The notes under the pieces: generated by a model
What the model saw: only the letters and a program-made list of their open reading frames with translations
Told to the model about the DNA's origin: nothing
Database searches by the model: none
Translations under genes and position numbers: made by a program
Sequence record: OR529409.1
Strand: one strand, 5' to 3'
DNA length: 64,000 nt
Part shown: positions 1 to 10,445 of the stretch, piece by piece
Position numbering within the stretch: position 1 is the stretch's first letter
How the letters are laid out: every line of letters starts with the position of its first letter

Positions 1-1413
1 CAAAATAACTATGCTTTAACCGTAGGCTCGTGGAAAGCCGATTCGACGTCTAAAGGCGACGAATCTAACGCCAATACCTTCGCCAACATCATGACGCACA
101 ATAGTATTGAAAAATCATGGATGATCGTTGGGTCCAAACAGACGGTTGTTAGGATTCATGATGAAGCGATACTGGCTAAAACTTCAGCACCCACTTCACC
201 GTACGGATTTGAGTCTCGTAACGGGTACGGTTATGCTTCGTGTTATTTTAGTAGTCAGGCCGGCTCACTATTGGAAGTGTCGTTTAGTACTTTTGATTCC
301 GCAAGCACGGTAGAACCGGTACTCTGCATCGGCGGCGGGGTAGGGATATCAGTAGGGACTATATATCTAAATCAAGATAAAGGTATCGTCTCCGTTATAA
401 ACGGCGACCCTGGATATGTGGGAGCGAGCCATATTCAATCGATTACATCGAGGGAATTAAGAACCGTGGCTAACGCAAACACGACAATAGGTAACGTTAA
501 GGTAGAGACCCTAATACTTAACGATCCTAAGTCGGCTATTACCGGAGGGGTCGTTTCAAAAGATTTAACGGTCAATAGTTCATCAGTAGGAATTTCTATC
601 GGCGATTTGACAGTTTCCGGAGTAGCTACGTTTAACACAGCATCTTTAGTTCGGAATGTTTTGTTCAATTCTGACGTCGTAATAAACTACGATTGGTATT
701 CTACCGTTTCGCTTAGAATGACACACGTTTTCGCACATTGCAGATTTTTGGGTAACTTCTCATCGGAAGCTTCCCGGGTAGTTATTAGTGATTCGTCCAT
801 AGGCGCCGCCAATAAAACCTTTAACGTACTCGGAGCAGGTGAAACAGTGACCGTTAAGGGTGGGAGATTATACTCTCCGATAACTCTTTCCAATAAAGGT
901 GGTTTGTTCTTAGACGAAGTCTCTTATAGTGGCGGAACGATTACATCATCCTCAACCGGTGACGTCGCAATAAGGAATGGCTTAGGTATGTCTACGACGT
1001 CTTTTACTTCTTCGGTTTCCGGTAAACTGTCTATAGACGGAACTCTTTTTGGACAGGTTACAGGAACTGGATCAATTTACTTAAATAACTCCACCATAAC
1101 CGGAGCGTATACCGTGGGGGACAACGGCATAGCCTATTTTACCAATTCCGTTGTTGGGGATTTTTTAATAAGCGGGACCGGTGTAAAAGTAGACGCCATT
1201 AAGTCATTCTTCAATAAGTTCAATTTTGATACCGGTAAAACTAATACAGGTATATGGAGAATTTCTCCTGATTGTATTACCTGGACTAGTGCAAACTGGG
1301 TCACCCCCACGGTATCGTCAGGGTACGGTTTGCGCACCTACGACATGAGCACGGGTTCACTTTATAAAACAGTGAGTAACGTCTGGAAAAAAGTTACAGA
1401 AACTACCGCGTAA
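1..1413 (+). CDS. Tailspike/tail fibre, beta-helix-like, 5'-truncated by window edge
   Basis: Frame is open from base 1 through the ATG at 91; Ser/Thr/Gly/Val/Asn-rich beta-repeat composition; first of the tandem tailspike array. Confidence 0.7.
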   Translation, partial: QNNYALTVGSWKADSTSKGDESNANTFANIMTHNSIEKSWMIVGSKQTVVRIHDEAILAKTSAPTSPYGFESRNGYGYASCYFSSQAGSLLEVSFSTFDSASTVEPVLCIGGGVGISVGTIYLNQDKGIVSVINGDPGYVGASHIQSITSRELRTVANANTTIGNVKVETLILNDPKSAITGGVVSKDLTVNSSSVGISIGDLTVSGVATFNTASLVRNVLFNSDVVINYDWYSTVSLRMTHVFAHCRFLGNFSSEASRVVISDSSIGAANKTFNVLGAGETVTVKGGRLYSPITLSNKGGLFLDEVSYSGGTITSSSTGDVAIRNGLGMSTTSFTSSVSGKLSIDGTLFGQVTGTGSIYLNNSTITGAYTVGDNGIAYFTNSVVGDFLISGTGVKVDAIKSFFNKFNFDTGKTNTGIWRISPDCITWTSANWVTPTVSSGYGLRTYDMSTGSLYKTVSNVWKKVTETTA

Positions 1414-1617
1414 CCTAGACCGAGTTTCGGGACTGGAGAAATTTCTGTTCAGCTTATGATCTTCGAAGGCGGCAGGCGTAAAACACCCGTATTCCTGTTT
1501 ACGGTTACGCCGCCGATTAGACCTGAAGAAAACCAAGAAATTGTGGGACTTCGTGTTTACGAAGAAGCGACTAATAACGTTTGTCATAGCTTTACTTAGG
1601 CTCAATAGAACATAATT

Positions 1618-1651
1618 AAATCCGACTACTCCGTTAGGAGTAGTCGGATTT
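1618..1651 (+). terminator. Intrinsic terminator-like hairpin
   Basis: aaatccgactactcc-gtta-ggagtagtcggattt followed by T run. Confidence 0.75.
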
Positions 1652-1692
1652 TATGTCGAACCATATTTAACTTTCGAATCCGGGGAATAACG

Positions 1693-3537
1693 ATGACGTT
1701 ACCTACTCAAAACCCTATTCCGAGCTCATCTATAACCGATCAGCTCTTTAATGCTGAAAAAATAGATCAGGTCGTTAACTCAGATGATTTACAGTACACC
1801 GACAGGTTTGGTAGAACCAGATTTACCTTTGCTGGACTTTACAACATCATTCAAACATGGTTAGGATCGCTAGCCAATCCAGACGGTGCCGCTAATATAG
1901 GACTCCGACAAGGAGGAACCGTCCAGTCTGAAATTAGAACTGTTTCTCTTGAATCCTGCGGCGCGGTTGGTGATGGTGTAACTGACGATACTTTAGCTTT
2001 TAATAAAGCAGCGGCGACGGGCTTTAACTTGGTTCTGGGGAAGAACAAAGATTATTTGGTCTCTCAACCAGCCTTATTACCTTTTGTCACCGGTTATCAG
2101 AAAGGAGCGCGGCGGTACATAGAAGGCAATGGGTCCACGATAATAACGACCGGCGCCTACGAACCATTCAATCAGTATGTTGATGAAGCCAAATCAGGAA
2201 CTCGAGTTATTAAATACGGATGGAATTTTTATAATCTAAATTTCAAAGGATTCGGTAGTAAAGACGGCGAGTATAATGTTATCAATAAAGCAGACGCCAT
2301 TTCTTTTGCCTACGGAGAAGCAGTCAATATATCTGGCATTGGTTTGAATAACGTCCTGCGCGCTTACGGAATGACCCTCGCTAAAAATATTTACGGCGAC
2401 GACCTTCGTAACGCTTTGTATTCATGTTATCTCGATCCTATCGATAATCTCACCGGTAAAAATACAATTCTTAATTCTCGTTTAGGTTGGTCGGCGGGAG
2501 AAGGGCTTATCCTGAAAGGGACGGATATTTATGTAGACGGGTTTATGTACGATTACGCCGGGTGTATCAGCCCTAATTCTATCGACGATATAAACGCAAA
2601 AGCTCAAGGTAAGTTAGGCACTAACCGAGGTTCAGGGATAAGTTGTGGGGCTGACGATTACCCGGCGAGCAATGTTACCATTACGAACGTTACGGGTAAA
2701 TTCTACGGTGCGGCAGGATTGTCATTAAATGGCGATAATATCAACGTAGGGGGATCCATTAACGTTGGAAGCGTTTACACCGACAATTTAGTTCCTTCTT
2801 TAACAGGCTCTGCTTTGAGTTGCAATATTAGAAATTCTTACATTGGTAAAGTTAAAGCCGGAAATGTTTTTGGTGGAATGGGACTCAATGCTCACTCTAA
2901 TAACTTCACTATAGCCGGGTTTGAGTGTTTTACTAAACAAACCTCCGTTGGCGCAATATTTTTCTCAGCAGGAGATACCGCTGATAATCAGATTACAAAA
3001 GGTCATATCGGCGATCTCATCTGTCACGGGCAATTAACCATAAATGACGATTTCTATTTTAATACTGCAGGTATCATTATTGACAACGTCCATCTGGGAC
3101 AGATAAATAACCAACAGGGCGGTTATCTCATCAAAATCCAGAAGGCCGGGCGTATTGGTAAGTTCACCGCGTTAGCGACAACATCTACCGCCAATAACAC
3201 CTGTATGTATGTCGGGGATAACGCTATTTTCGGCGAGCTCAATTTTGAAAATATTTACGGGACTTGTCTTGAGGTCAAAGCGGATGCGGTCCCCGTCATC
3301 GGTAATCTAAATATCCGAGGGAAGAAAGGTACCCTCCCGCCGATCATCATTAATGGTACGGGTGCGGCGTCGTTGAACTGGGGTAACGTGAAAATACTGG
3401 GTACGTCGACAGCAAGCCCTAAATTGAATGGTCAGTTAACGATGGACAGTTACACGGGACCGGATTGGGTAATAGCGACCACTGGGGTTGCAGCTAGTGT
3501 TTCCTTCCCGACCAGAACTTCTACAAATTTAACATAA
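1693..3537 (+). CDS. Tailspike / putative capsule depolymerase
   Basis: N-terminal anchor MTLPTQNPIPSS..DQLFNAEKIDQVVNSDDLQYTDRFG; GAVGDGVTDDTLAF motif typical of the start of a pectate-lyase-like beta-helix. Confidence 0.9.
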   Translation: MTLPTQNPIPSSSITDQLFNAEKIDQVVNSDDLQYTDRFGRTRFTFAGLYNIIQTWLGSLANPDGAANIGLRQGGTVQSEIRTVSLESCGAVGDGVTDDTLAFNKAAATGFNLVLGKNKDYLVSQPALLPFVTGYQKGARRYIEGNGSTIITTGAYEPFNQYVDEAKSGTRVIKYGWNFYNLNFKGFGSKDGEYNVINKADAISFAYGEAVNISGIGLNNVLRAYGMTLAKNIYGDDLRNALYSCYLDPIDNLTGKNTILNSRLGWSAGEGLILKGTDIYVDGFMYDYAGCISPNSIDDINAKAQGKLGTNRGSGISCGADDYPASNVTITNVTGKFYGAAGLSLNGDNINVGGSINVGSVYTDNLVPSLTGSALSCNIRNSYIGKVKAGNVFGGMGLNAHSNNFTIAGFECFTKQTSVGAIFFSAGDTADNQITKGHIGDLICHGQLTINDDFYFNTAGIIIDNVHLGQINNQQGGYLIKIQKAGRIGKFTALATTSTANNTCMYVGDNAIFGELNFENIYGTCLEVKADAVPVIGNLNIRGKKGTLPPIIINGTGAASLNWGNVKILGTSTASPKLNGQLTMDSYTGPDWVIATTGVAASVSFPTRTSTNLT

Positions 3538-3555
3538 GGTTAGACGAGGGCTAAT

Positions 3556-5721
3556 ATGACTCTTCCTACTCAAAACCCCATTCCTAGTTCAACTAAGAAC
3601 GATCAGCTCTTTAATGCTGAAAAAATAGATCAGGTCGTCAATAGTGACGACCTCCAATACACCGATAGATTTGGTAAGAAGCGATACACCTTTGCTGGGC
3701 TTTATAATTTCATCCAAACGTGGATTTCTGGTATCAGCGGACCTACAGGTGCCGGGAACATCGGGTATAACACCTCCGATGTTGGAACTCAGCTAGATAA
3801 CTTTAATTACGATTTTGCTAATAAAGTTGTTGACTCAGTTGCGGTTTTACGTAACCTTACTGCCGGTAAGTTAGTTCGTAGAACTTTGGTTAAGAATTCC
3901 GCGGGTTACGCCAATGGCGGCGAATTTGTTGCCGATCCTTTAGATACCACTACTGCCGACGACGGTGTCTTCACTATCATTTCTAAAGATAATATTCGAT
4001 TCAAACGTTCATTGCCGGCTAGCGGTCGTTATCAAATCGATTGGTGGTATGATCCTACCACTGACTCTGCAGACTATTCCCTAGTTATTAATAAGGCAGC
4101 TAATTTCGTTAAAACGAGCAACAGCGACGATACTGCTTTATTACCCACGTACCAGACTGGTTTAACTATGGTCGGGTCTGGTGGGATAAAGAAATGTCTG
4201 ACGGGCGCTGTAATTTTTGCTTATTTGAATGACTGGGATTTCAATGGCACAATTCTAGATTATACCGGAACCACCTTAACAGGGATTGATTACTTCCGTG
4301 TGCGTACCGCTCGTTGCTCAACTGTTTCTAACCTCACTATTCGGGGGCTGACCTCTAAAGATCAGGTTTCCAACAATACCGGTTTTGCAATGGGTTCTTT
4401 CGCGCCCAATGTTTACGGTGTACCGTGTGCGTCAGTAGAGATTAACAACCTACTCGTCGAAAATGCGAGTAATGCCATTCGGTTAGGTTCTAACGTCTAT
4501 ATTGTTAAGTTCTCGAATTCCTACTTCACCGGTTACCTGAAAGGTATCACCTGTGACGCTTCTCCAGTTAATTCAGGAGAAAATATGTCGTTCGATCATT
4601 GTGTATTTGCGAATGGCGCGATGCCTATTTTCTTAACGACGTTCAGCCTAAATTTCTTGCATTGCAGTTTCGATTACAACGGCTGGGGCACTGAAGCAGC
4701 TATGTTAGCCTGGAAAGATAACGGCTACTTCAACATTAATGGTAATATGAATTTCGATAGATGCCATTTTGAATGGGGAAACCAATTCTCTCGCTGGCAA
4801 GGTCCGGTATTTAAAGGTATTGGGACAGTTTCGATCAAAGATTCGGTTATCCATATTGCCGACATTCAAAATATCGATTCCGGTATGACCTATCCAAGAA
4901 ACATCCATACGTACTTCTATCAGTCCACCGACGCTAACTTGAAGACCTCCTTCCTTATTCTCCAGGATGTTAATGTCGCTAACTCCTGTTGGGATACCTC
5001 TAATGGTGCATGGACTAATGGTTTCCGGTGCGATATGGATGGAATGGTCATTTCCCGTTTTCAAGGGATGTATCGTAATTTCTGGAAAACTCCTTACACG
5101 GACTTTACTAACTATGTGAACAGCCATCTCCCATCACTATTGCCCAACTCGACGTATCAGAATACTGCAGCTGCTGCAATCGCGGCTTACCCGGCAAGTA
5201 GTAAGTTGACAATGACTGGTGACAGCAACGCCACCATCTCCTATGACTCCACTAATAACGCGATCATCGTATCGACAACCACCAATACAACGAGTAATGT
5301 GGTGACTTTGGATTGGTACGTTAGGGCGGTTCCTTACGCGTTCCCTCTGTGGTCAACGTCAATCATTGGGGATAGCGCTAACACTACTGTCGCTGGGGAT
5401 TTGGCTAACGTTAACTTAGCTGGATCGGTCATGGGTGGATTCTTAGCGTCTAATGGAACCTTTACAGCTACACAGCGTTTAACCTGGACTCCGACCGCAG
5501 CTGGTATTGCGACCGCCAAATCTTTACGTACTGCGTATATTACCGGAACTGATGATTACTTGCCTTGCTCAGATGCGAATATTGAATATATCAGATTACG
5601 TATCACGCTGACTAACTTTTACGCGACAACAGCCGGTAACAAAATAACCGCTAAGATTACCCCTCCACGATTAGAATTTGTGAAGGTAGGGTTTAGTGAT
5701 TCATTAAGAAGAACGGCCTAA
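3556..5721 (+). CDS. Tailspike / putative capsule depolymerase
   Basis: Same N-terminal anchor; GGEFV..DDG linker; beta-helix-like body. Confidence 0.9.
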   Translation: MTLPTQNPIPSSTKNDQLFNAEKIDQVVNSDDLQYTDRFGKKRYTFAGLYNFIQTWISGISGPTGAGNIGYNTSDVGTQLDNFNYDFANKVVDSVAVLRNLTAGKLVRRTLVKNSAGYANGGEFVADPLDTTTADDGVFTIISKDNIRFKRSLPASGRYQIDWWYDPTTDSADYSLVINKAANFVKTSNSDDTALLPTYQTGLTMVGSGGIKKCLTGAVIFAYLNDWDFNGTILDYTGTTLTGIDYFRVRTARCSTVSNLTIRGLTSKDQVSNNTGFAMGSFAPNVYGVPCASVEINNLLVENASNAIRLGSNVYIVKFSNSYFTGYLKGITCDASPVNSGENMSFDHCVFANGAMPIFLTTFSLNFLHCSFDYNGWGTEAAMLAWKDNGYFNINGNMNFDRCHFEWGNQFSRWQGPVFKGIGTVSIKDSVIHIADIQNIDSGMTYPRNIHTYFYQSTDANLKTSFLILQDVNVANSCWDTSNGAWTNGFRCDMDGMVISRFQGMYRNFWKTPYTDFTNYVNSHLPSLLPNSTYQNTAAAAIAAYPASSKLTMTGDSNATISYDSTNNAIIVSTTTNTTSNVVTLDWYVRAVPYAFPLWSTSIIGDSANTTVAGDLANVNLAGSVMGGFLASNGTFTATQRLTWTPTAAGIATAKSLRTAYITGTDDYLPCSDANIEYIRLRITLTNFYATTAGNKITAKITPPRLEFVKVGFSDSLRRTA

Positions 5722-5732
5722 CCACTTTAAAC

Positions 5733-5757
5733 TTCCCCTCTTGAATAAAGAGGGGAA
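5733..5757 (+). terminator. Intergenic hairpin
   Basis: ttcccctctt-gaata-aagaggggaa. Confidence 0.55.
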
Positions 5758-5769
5758 AGGAGTCTTTCA

Positions 5770-7905
5770 ATGACGCAGCCAACCAAGAATCCTATTCCCA
5801 GTGGGAATATTTTAGATCAACTATTTAATGCCGAAAAAATCGACGAGTTTGTTGGATCTTCGGAGGATTATTATACTGACCGGTTTGGGGTTAAACGCCT
5901 CACGATTACGGGTCTCAATAAACTTTCCGCCCAAAGCAACGCTAATGCGATCTCATCACTTGGTTTTTACGAAGATGGCGTGATCCAAGTAAGAGATAGA
6001 AACCAGTTAATTCGTTACAGCGACGTTCTTTATCAAATAAACCCCGATGTGACCCTGCCCTTTACAACAACCGGGACTGATGCCACAAGCTGGGCTAATG
6101 ATTCTTCGAAATTCACCCCCGTCGGAGCCGGTAAACTTAGTTATGATCTCCAAACCGATTTGGGTGGGCAGATAGTCAGTTTAAAAATTAATAAAGCGTC
6201 TTCGAAGAAAAGAACCTCTGCGGAGAAGGCGACGGACAGACCAAATCTCCTTGATTGGGATACTGATTCTCAATCCGATGACAGCATGAGGTTAAGAAAA
6301 GCCCTCATTGATGGCGTTGACCATATCCAATTACCTGGCGTATTAGAATTAGGTCGTCCCATTTATTTTGGTGAAGTGGATATCTCTACCGCTTTACGAT
6401 TTGAGGGGGTTGGTTCCCAGGGGGTTAATCGTAACGGTAGTGTGATAATCAAAGCCTCTGGCGCGGCTTATGGGATGCACTTTAACGGTGTGGGAGCGGC
6501 GACACGACCCGCGGGAGGAGGACTCTACAATATCCACCTTTCCGGACAGGCCAGCGCTGACACAGGACCGTTAGTTAAAGTAACGTCGTGGTCTTATTTT
6601 AAAGCCATTAACGTCGGGTTTAACAACATAAGCGATTATGGGCTTAGATTAAAAGACGTTATGGAATCAACCATTTCCGGATGCTTATTTAGAAGGTTGG
6701 GGAGTAACGATACCGGGTGTATTCTTCTCGACGATTATTTGGGGGTGCAAAATAATAACGTTAATAACTTACACATAGTAGGTTGTACGTTTGGGTTAAA
6801 TTCCGGGGAGTGGATCAAGGCCACTCAGTTAGCCAACATCGATGTGATTTGGATTCAGAATAATAAATTTGAATGGGATGCCGTGCCGGTTAGTCCTAAC
6901 ACTGACGCGCTATATGTCATCGACCTAGGTAAAGCCGCGAAAACGTTTATAGACCACAACACTTTTACCTATTTTAATTCTAATAATAATAAATACGCCG
7001 GCGTGTTAAGGATGCAAGCCCCATGTCTCTCTACCACACTTTTCACTAATAACCAGATGTTTGGTTGTGGTGGTAATGCTGGGTTAATAGAGGGAGGGTC
7101 TCTATTTGCCAGGGATAACTTCAATACTGTTGCGGACGGAATAGGTAATGTGGTATTCACGGTAACCAGTACCAAAAGGCAAGATATAGATGACGTGTTT
7201 AACATTCACAACAATGGGAATTTAGCCTACAGTACGAAAGTCTCACCCCCCAATTTCATTTCTTGCCATAAGTTATCCGGAACAATCAACAATCCATTCG
7301 TTGTGGACTCCGGCGCGTCGTATTGGACGGTTATGAATACCCCACCCTCAACGGAGATAAGACGTTTTCGGCTACCAGGTCATCTTCTCGGTGAAAATTC
7401 CCCGGTGAGAATAAAGGTAAGAGTCAAATGCGCCGATAGTTCTGGGGCGGATGGAGCAGTGCAGCTTGTCGCTGACGATACTACCCTTACCGCTGTTTCC
7501 GTTACAGCGGCAGGAAATTGGCAAACCGTGGAATTCTTAATAAAAGGCAACCTTTTAACTTCCGGGGTTTTAAAAATCATGAACTCCGGTACGGTAAATG
7601 TTCTACTCGACGGTATTTATTACGAGAAGGCAGAGTATATCGATTGGAACTTCGCGTTTGCAGTTGGAACGCTCACACCCGGACAAGTATTAATATCTGC
7701 CGCTCAGTCATCTTCTGATATTGCTGGTGTTGCTAACAAGATTAAAGGTTGCAGTGGGGTTTGGTTTAATGGCAGTTCGGTAGGAGCCCTCTATAGTCCT
7801 ACTATGTACCAAGTGGGTAATTCCTTTAAAGTAACAATTAGTAATCCAGGAACGACTGATCTGGCCACTGGTATAACGAGGTGCACTGTAAGAGTCTTAT
7901 TATAG
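5770..7905 (+). CDS. Tailspike / putative capsule depolymerase
   Basis: Anchor MTQPTKNPIPSGNILDQLFNAEKIDEFVGSSEDYYTDRFG; NQLIRY..LPFTTTG..SWAND subdomain seen in enterobacterial phage tailspikes; beta-helix body and probable C-terminal beta-sandwich. Confidence 0.9.
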   Translation: MTQPTKNPIPSGNILDQLFNAEKIDEFVGSSEDYYTDRFGVKRLTITGLNKLSAQSNANAISSLGFYEDGVIQVRDRNQLIRYSDVLYQINPDVTLPFTTTGTDATSWANDSSKFTPVGAGKLSYDLQTDLGGQIVSLKINKASSKKRTSAEKATDRPNLLDWDTDSQSDDSMRLRKALIDGVDHIQLPGVLELGRPIYFGEVDISTALRFEGVGSQGVNRNGSVIIKASGAAYGMHFNGVGAATRPAGGGLYNIHLSGQASADTGPLVKVTSWSYFKAINVGFNNISDYGLRLKDVMESTISGCLFRRLGSNDTGCILLDDYLGVQNNNVNNLHIVGCTFGLNSGEWIKATQLANIDVIWIQNNKFEWDAVPVSPNTDALYVIDLGKAAKTFIDHNTFTYFNSNNNKYAGVLRMQAPCLSTTLFTNNQMFGCGGNAGLIEGGSLFARDNFNTVADGIGNVVFTVTSTKRQDIDDVFNIHNNGNLAYSTKVSPPNFISCHKLSGTINNPFVVDSGASYWTVMNTPPSTEIRRFRLPGHLLGENSPVRIKVRVKCADSSGADGAVQLVADDTTLTAVSVTAAGNWQTVEFLIKGNLLTSGVLKIMNSGTVNVLLDGIYYEKAEYIDWNFAFAVGTLTPGQVLISAAQSSSDIAGVANKIKGCSGVWFNGSSVGALYSPTMYQVGNSFKVTISNPGTTDLATGITRCTVRVLL

Positions 7906-7908
7906 AAA

Positions 7909-7944
7909 TTTAACTCTCTGCCGACTTACCGGCAGAGAGTTAAA
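7909..7944 (+). terminator. Intergenic hairpin, 15-bp stem
   Basis: tttaactctctgccg-acttac-cggcagagagttaaa. Confidence 0.7.
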
Positions 7945-8018
7945 GAATTTTATGCTGATCTAAATTCAGTAGACTTGCGCAAGTCTTTTACACTACATTC
8001 TTTTAAAGGAGTAACCTC

Positions 8019-10403
8019 GTGGCTACAACTCCAACTACGGGTGACATCCCCAGCAATGCTGCGGTGGACCTCAAGTTTAACTCGGAACAATTCGACCGAG
8101 TAATGAATTCTGACGATCTGACTTATACGGATCGTTTTGGTAAAAAACGCATTACAATGAAAGGGGTTCAGGAACTCGCTAATGGCTTCCAGGATACTTT
8201 CACTAATCTGTTGGGTTCTCCCGACGGATTTAAATTAATCGGCGGAGTGAAATCTTTTGATACCCTGAGATCGACCCCAGTGAGAACCGAAGGCCAACGT
8301 ATTTTCCTCAAGTCCTATCATGAAAATGGAACTACTGGCGGAGGGATCTTTGTTGGTCACATCGGGACCAAGTTAGATGATGGCGGTACTGTGGCCCAGG
8401 GCGTAGGGTTCTATTGGGAAAGGGCTGATTGCACGGAGATATCCGTAGAAATCTTTGGCGGTACACCTAACAATAACACGATTGATAATTCAGATTTCAT
8501 CATTGCGGCGGATTTAGTTTCTTTTTCCAAGGGGGTTCGATTAACCGGGAAAGGGTTAAACTATAGTGTAGGGAGATCCTTTACACTGGCTACCCCTAAC
8601 ATAAAGGATATTAAAATATCCCCAACCTCCAGCTTTACAGGCGACGCTCCAACATTTACCTGCGATCAAAATACCGGAGAGTTGGTCTTAGAAGACGTTG
8701 ATATTTCCGACTTCAAAGGCCGAGGGAGTAATTGCACAAAAGGGAACTATACTCTCGTCCCGACGATCACCTTTAAAGGAACTTGCAAATTCAATGGCAA
8801 TGGCGGGGGTCCTACAAGAACAACTGTTTTACCTAAAACAACTACTATATCTGCGGCTGCTGACCTGACCACCACGTCTGTTATTTCTGTGGCGGACACC
8901 TCTAAATTTATAGCGGGTGATTACGTCCTGGTAAATGGGGTCAGATATCGTATTCTCTCCGTCGATTCTTCTTCCCAAATTACTTTTTATAACACATCTT
9001 CAATCCCCACTATTTACAATGACGGTGTCAACAGTTCCGTTTCAGCGGGCGATGTGCTGGAAAAGGTTTTTGTTGTGAACACGGCTTCAGAAGCAGTCAT
9101 CGATGTCGCGGACAGCACTATATTTAAAGTCGGGGATGCCGTTTGGATAGGGGATAGCAAATGTTTAATTTCCGTCATCAATAATTCAACCCAGATAACT
9201 TTAGTGAACGTAAACGGCGTCCCCACTTTGCAATATGGAGGGACTGGAACGGGAAGGTATACTTCCGGTCAGTACGTCACTAAGGATAAAAACGGTAAAA
9301 ACGGATTTACGATTAATACGTCGTCTTCGATTGGTTGGAATATCAATCTAAAAGGCAACGTCGAATTTAATAACAACGGATGGTTTGGGTTATTTCAGTG
9401 GTGTAATGCCTCTGGAGGAACAGTTTTTGGGGGAGCCAAAGCCAATAATAACGGATATATCGGCGTGGGCTTGGGCTACGTGAAGGGTGGGGAACTGAGC
9501 GGATTTGTAACCAACAATAATGGTAACAACGGTTTAGATCTGTTTGAAACTTACTCGGAGACGACTATTCATGATTGCACGTCCAATAATAACGGAGTTG
9601 ACGGTATTTTCGTTGCAAGTTCTAAAACAGCACCCAAACTTTACGCTAACACGTGCGTGGGTAATAAAAGAATAGGGATGCTGGCCAATGGTAGAACCGT
9701 GACGCCGGTAGGACTCACTGTACTGGATAATTTCTGTGTCGGTAACGATTTATATTCCATCTGTTTAACTGGAATAGGAGGGGGGATCGTAGGCGATTGT
9801 TCTGTTGGCGGTGGGATGCAAGGCATCCGTATCGAGGGCAAGAACGGCATAGCCAACCCCAAATCAATAACGGTAAGGGATTGTAAATTCAGTTCTGTTT
9901 CGTCCGAATCCGATATCTTTGCCAATATTGGTGGATACACCAATGGCGGTGATCAGGGATCCTTACATCTCAATAACAACAGTTATTTTGGAAGGACGCC
10001 AAAATTTTCTATCACTAATATCGATGTGGATAAATCAACCTTTATCCCGGCTGGCTACTCTAAGCCTAACGGAACGGATTTAAGCGCATCGGCCGGGACG
10101 GCGATAGCGGTCGGCGTTACATTTTTTAAACCCCACGCTCCGACTGTTATAGACAATTCTGCCGAAGACTTCACCGTTCAAATTTATACCAATTCCGGGC
10201 TGACCACAGTGGGTACGGTAACTACTGCGACAAGAACGGCTGGAGTGGAACTTTCTAATGGGGCGACTAGTAACGGGCGGATAATAGGTTCGCCGGCTTA
10301 TGGAACGTTCTCTTATAACTTCACGCTCAGCTCACCCGGGACAAGATATTTGCATATCAAATCTAAATACGGGTCTTCGGTTATCAAATTAACCTGGAGC
10401 TAG
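8019..10403 (+). CDS. Tailspike / putative capsule depolymerase
   Basis: Anchor MATTPTTGDIPSNAAVDLKFNSEQFDRVMNSDDLTYTDRFG; Asn/Gly ladder repeats (NNNG.NG) typical of right-handed beta-helix; GTG start after ggag. Confidence 0.9.
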   Translation: MATTPTTGDIPSNAAVDLKFNSEQFDRVMNSDDLTYTDRFGKKRITMKGVQELANGFQDTFTNLLGSPDGFKLIGGVKSFDTLRSTPVRTEGQRIFLKSYHENGTTGGGIFVGHIGTKLDDGGTVAQGVGFYWERADCTEISVEIFGGTPNNNTIDNSDFIIAADLVSFSKGVRLTGKGLNYSVGRSFTLATPNIKDIKISPTSSFTGDAPTFTCDQNTGELVLEDVDISDFKGRGSNCTKGNYTLVPTITFKGTCKFNGNGGGPTRTTVLPKTTTISAAADLTTTSVISVADTSKFIAGDYVLVNGVRYRILSVDSSSQITFYNTSSIPTIYNDGVNSSVSAGDVLEKVFVVNTASEAVIDVADSTIFKVGDAVWIGDSKCLISVINNSTQITLVNVNGVPTLQYGGTGTGRYTSGQYVTKDKNGKNGFTINTSSSIGWNINLKGNVEFNNNGWFGLFQWCNASGGTVFGGAKANNNGYIGVGLGYVKGGELSGFVTNNNGNNGLDLFETYSETTIHDCTSNNNGVDGIFVASSKTAPKLYANTCVGNKRIGMLANGRTVTPVGLTVLDNFCVGNDLYSICLTGIGGGIVGDCSVGGGMQGIRIEGKNGIANPKSITVRDCKFSSVSSESDIFANIGGYTNGGDQGSLHLNNNSYFGRTPKFSITNIDVDKSTFIPAGYSKPNGTDLSASAGTAIAVGVTFFKPHAPTVIDNSAEDFTVQIYTNSGLTTVGTVTTATRTAGVELSNGATSNGRIIGSPAYGTFSYNFTLSSPGTRYLHIKSKYGSSVIKLTWS

Positions 10404-10445
10404 TAATGTGCGGGGAACCCCCCGCTACTTTAAAGGATTGGTTTT

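Noticed and set aside
85-93. AACATC-ATG leader at the ORF-track start (91)
   Set aside because: No Shine-Dalgarno upstream and the frame is open to base 1; treated as an internal Met of a truncated gene.
1357-1605. 82-aa minus-strand ORF between tailspikes
   Set aside because: Overlaps the tailspike 3' end, no clear RBS, opposite to operon direction; cannot be supported as a gene.
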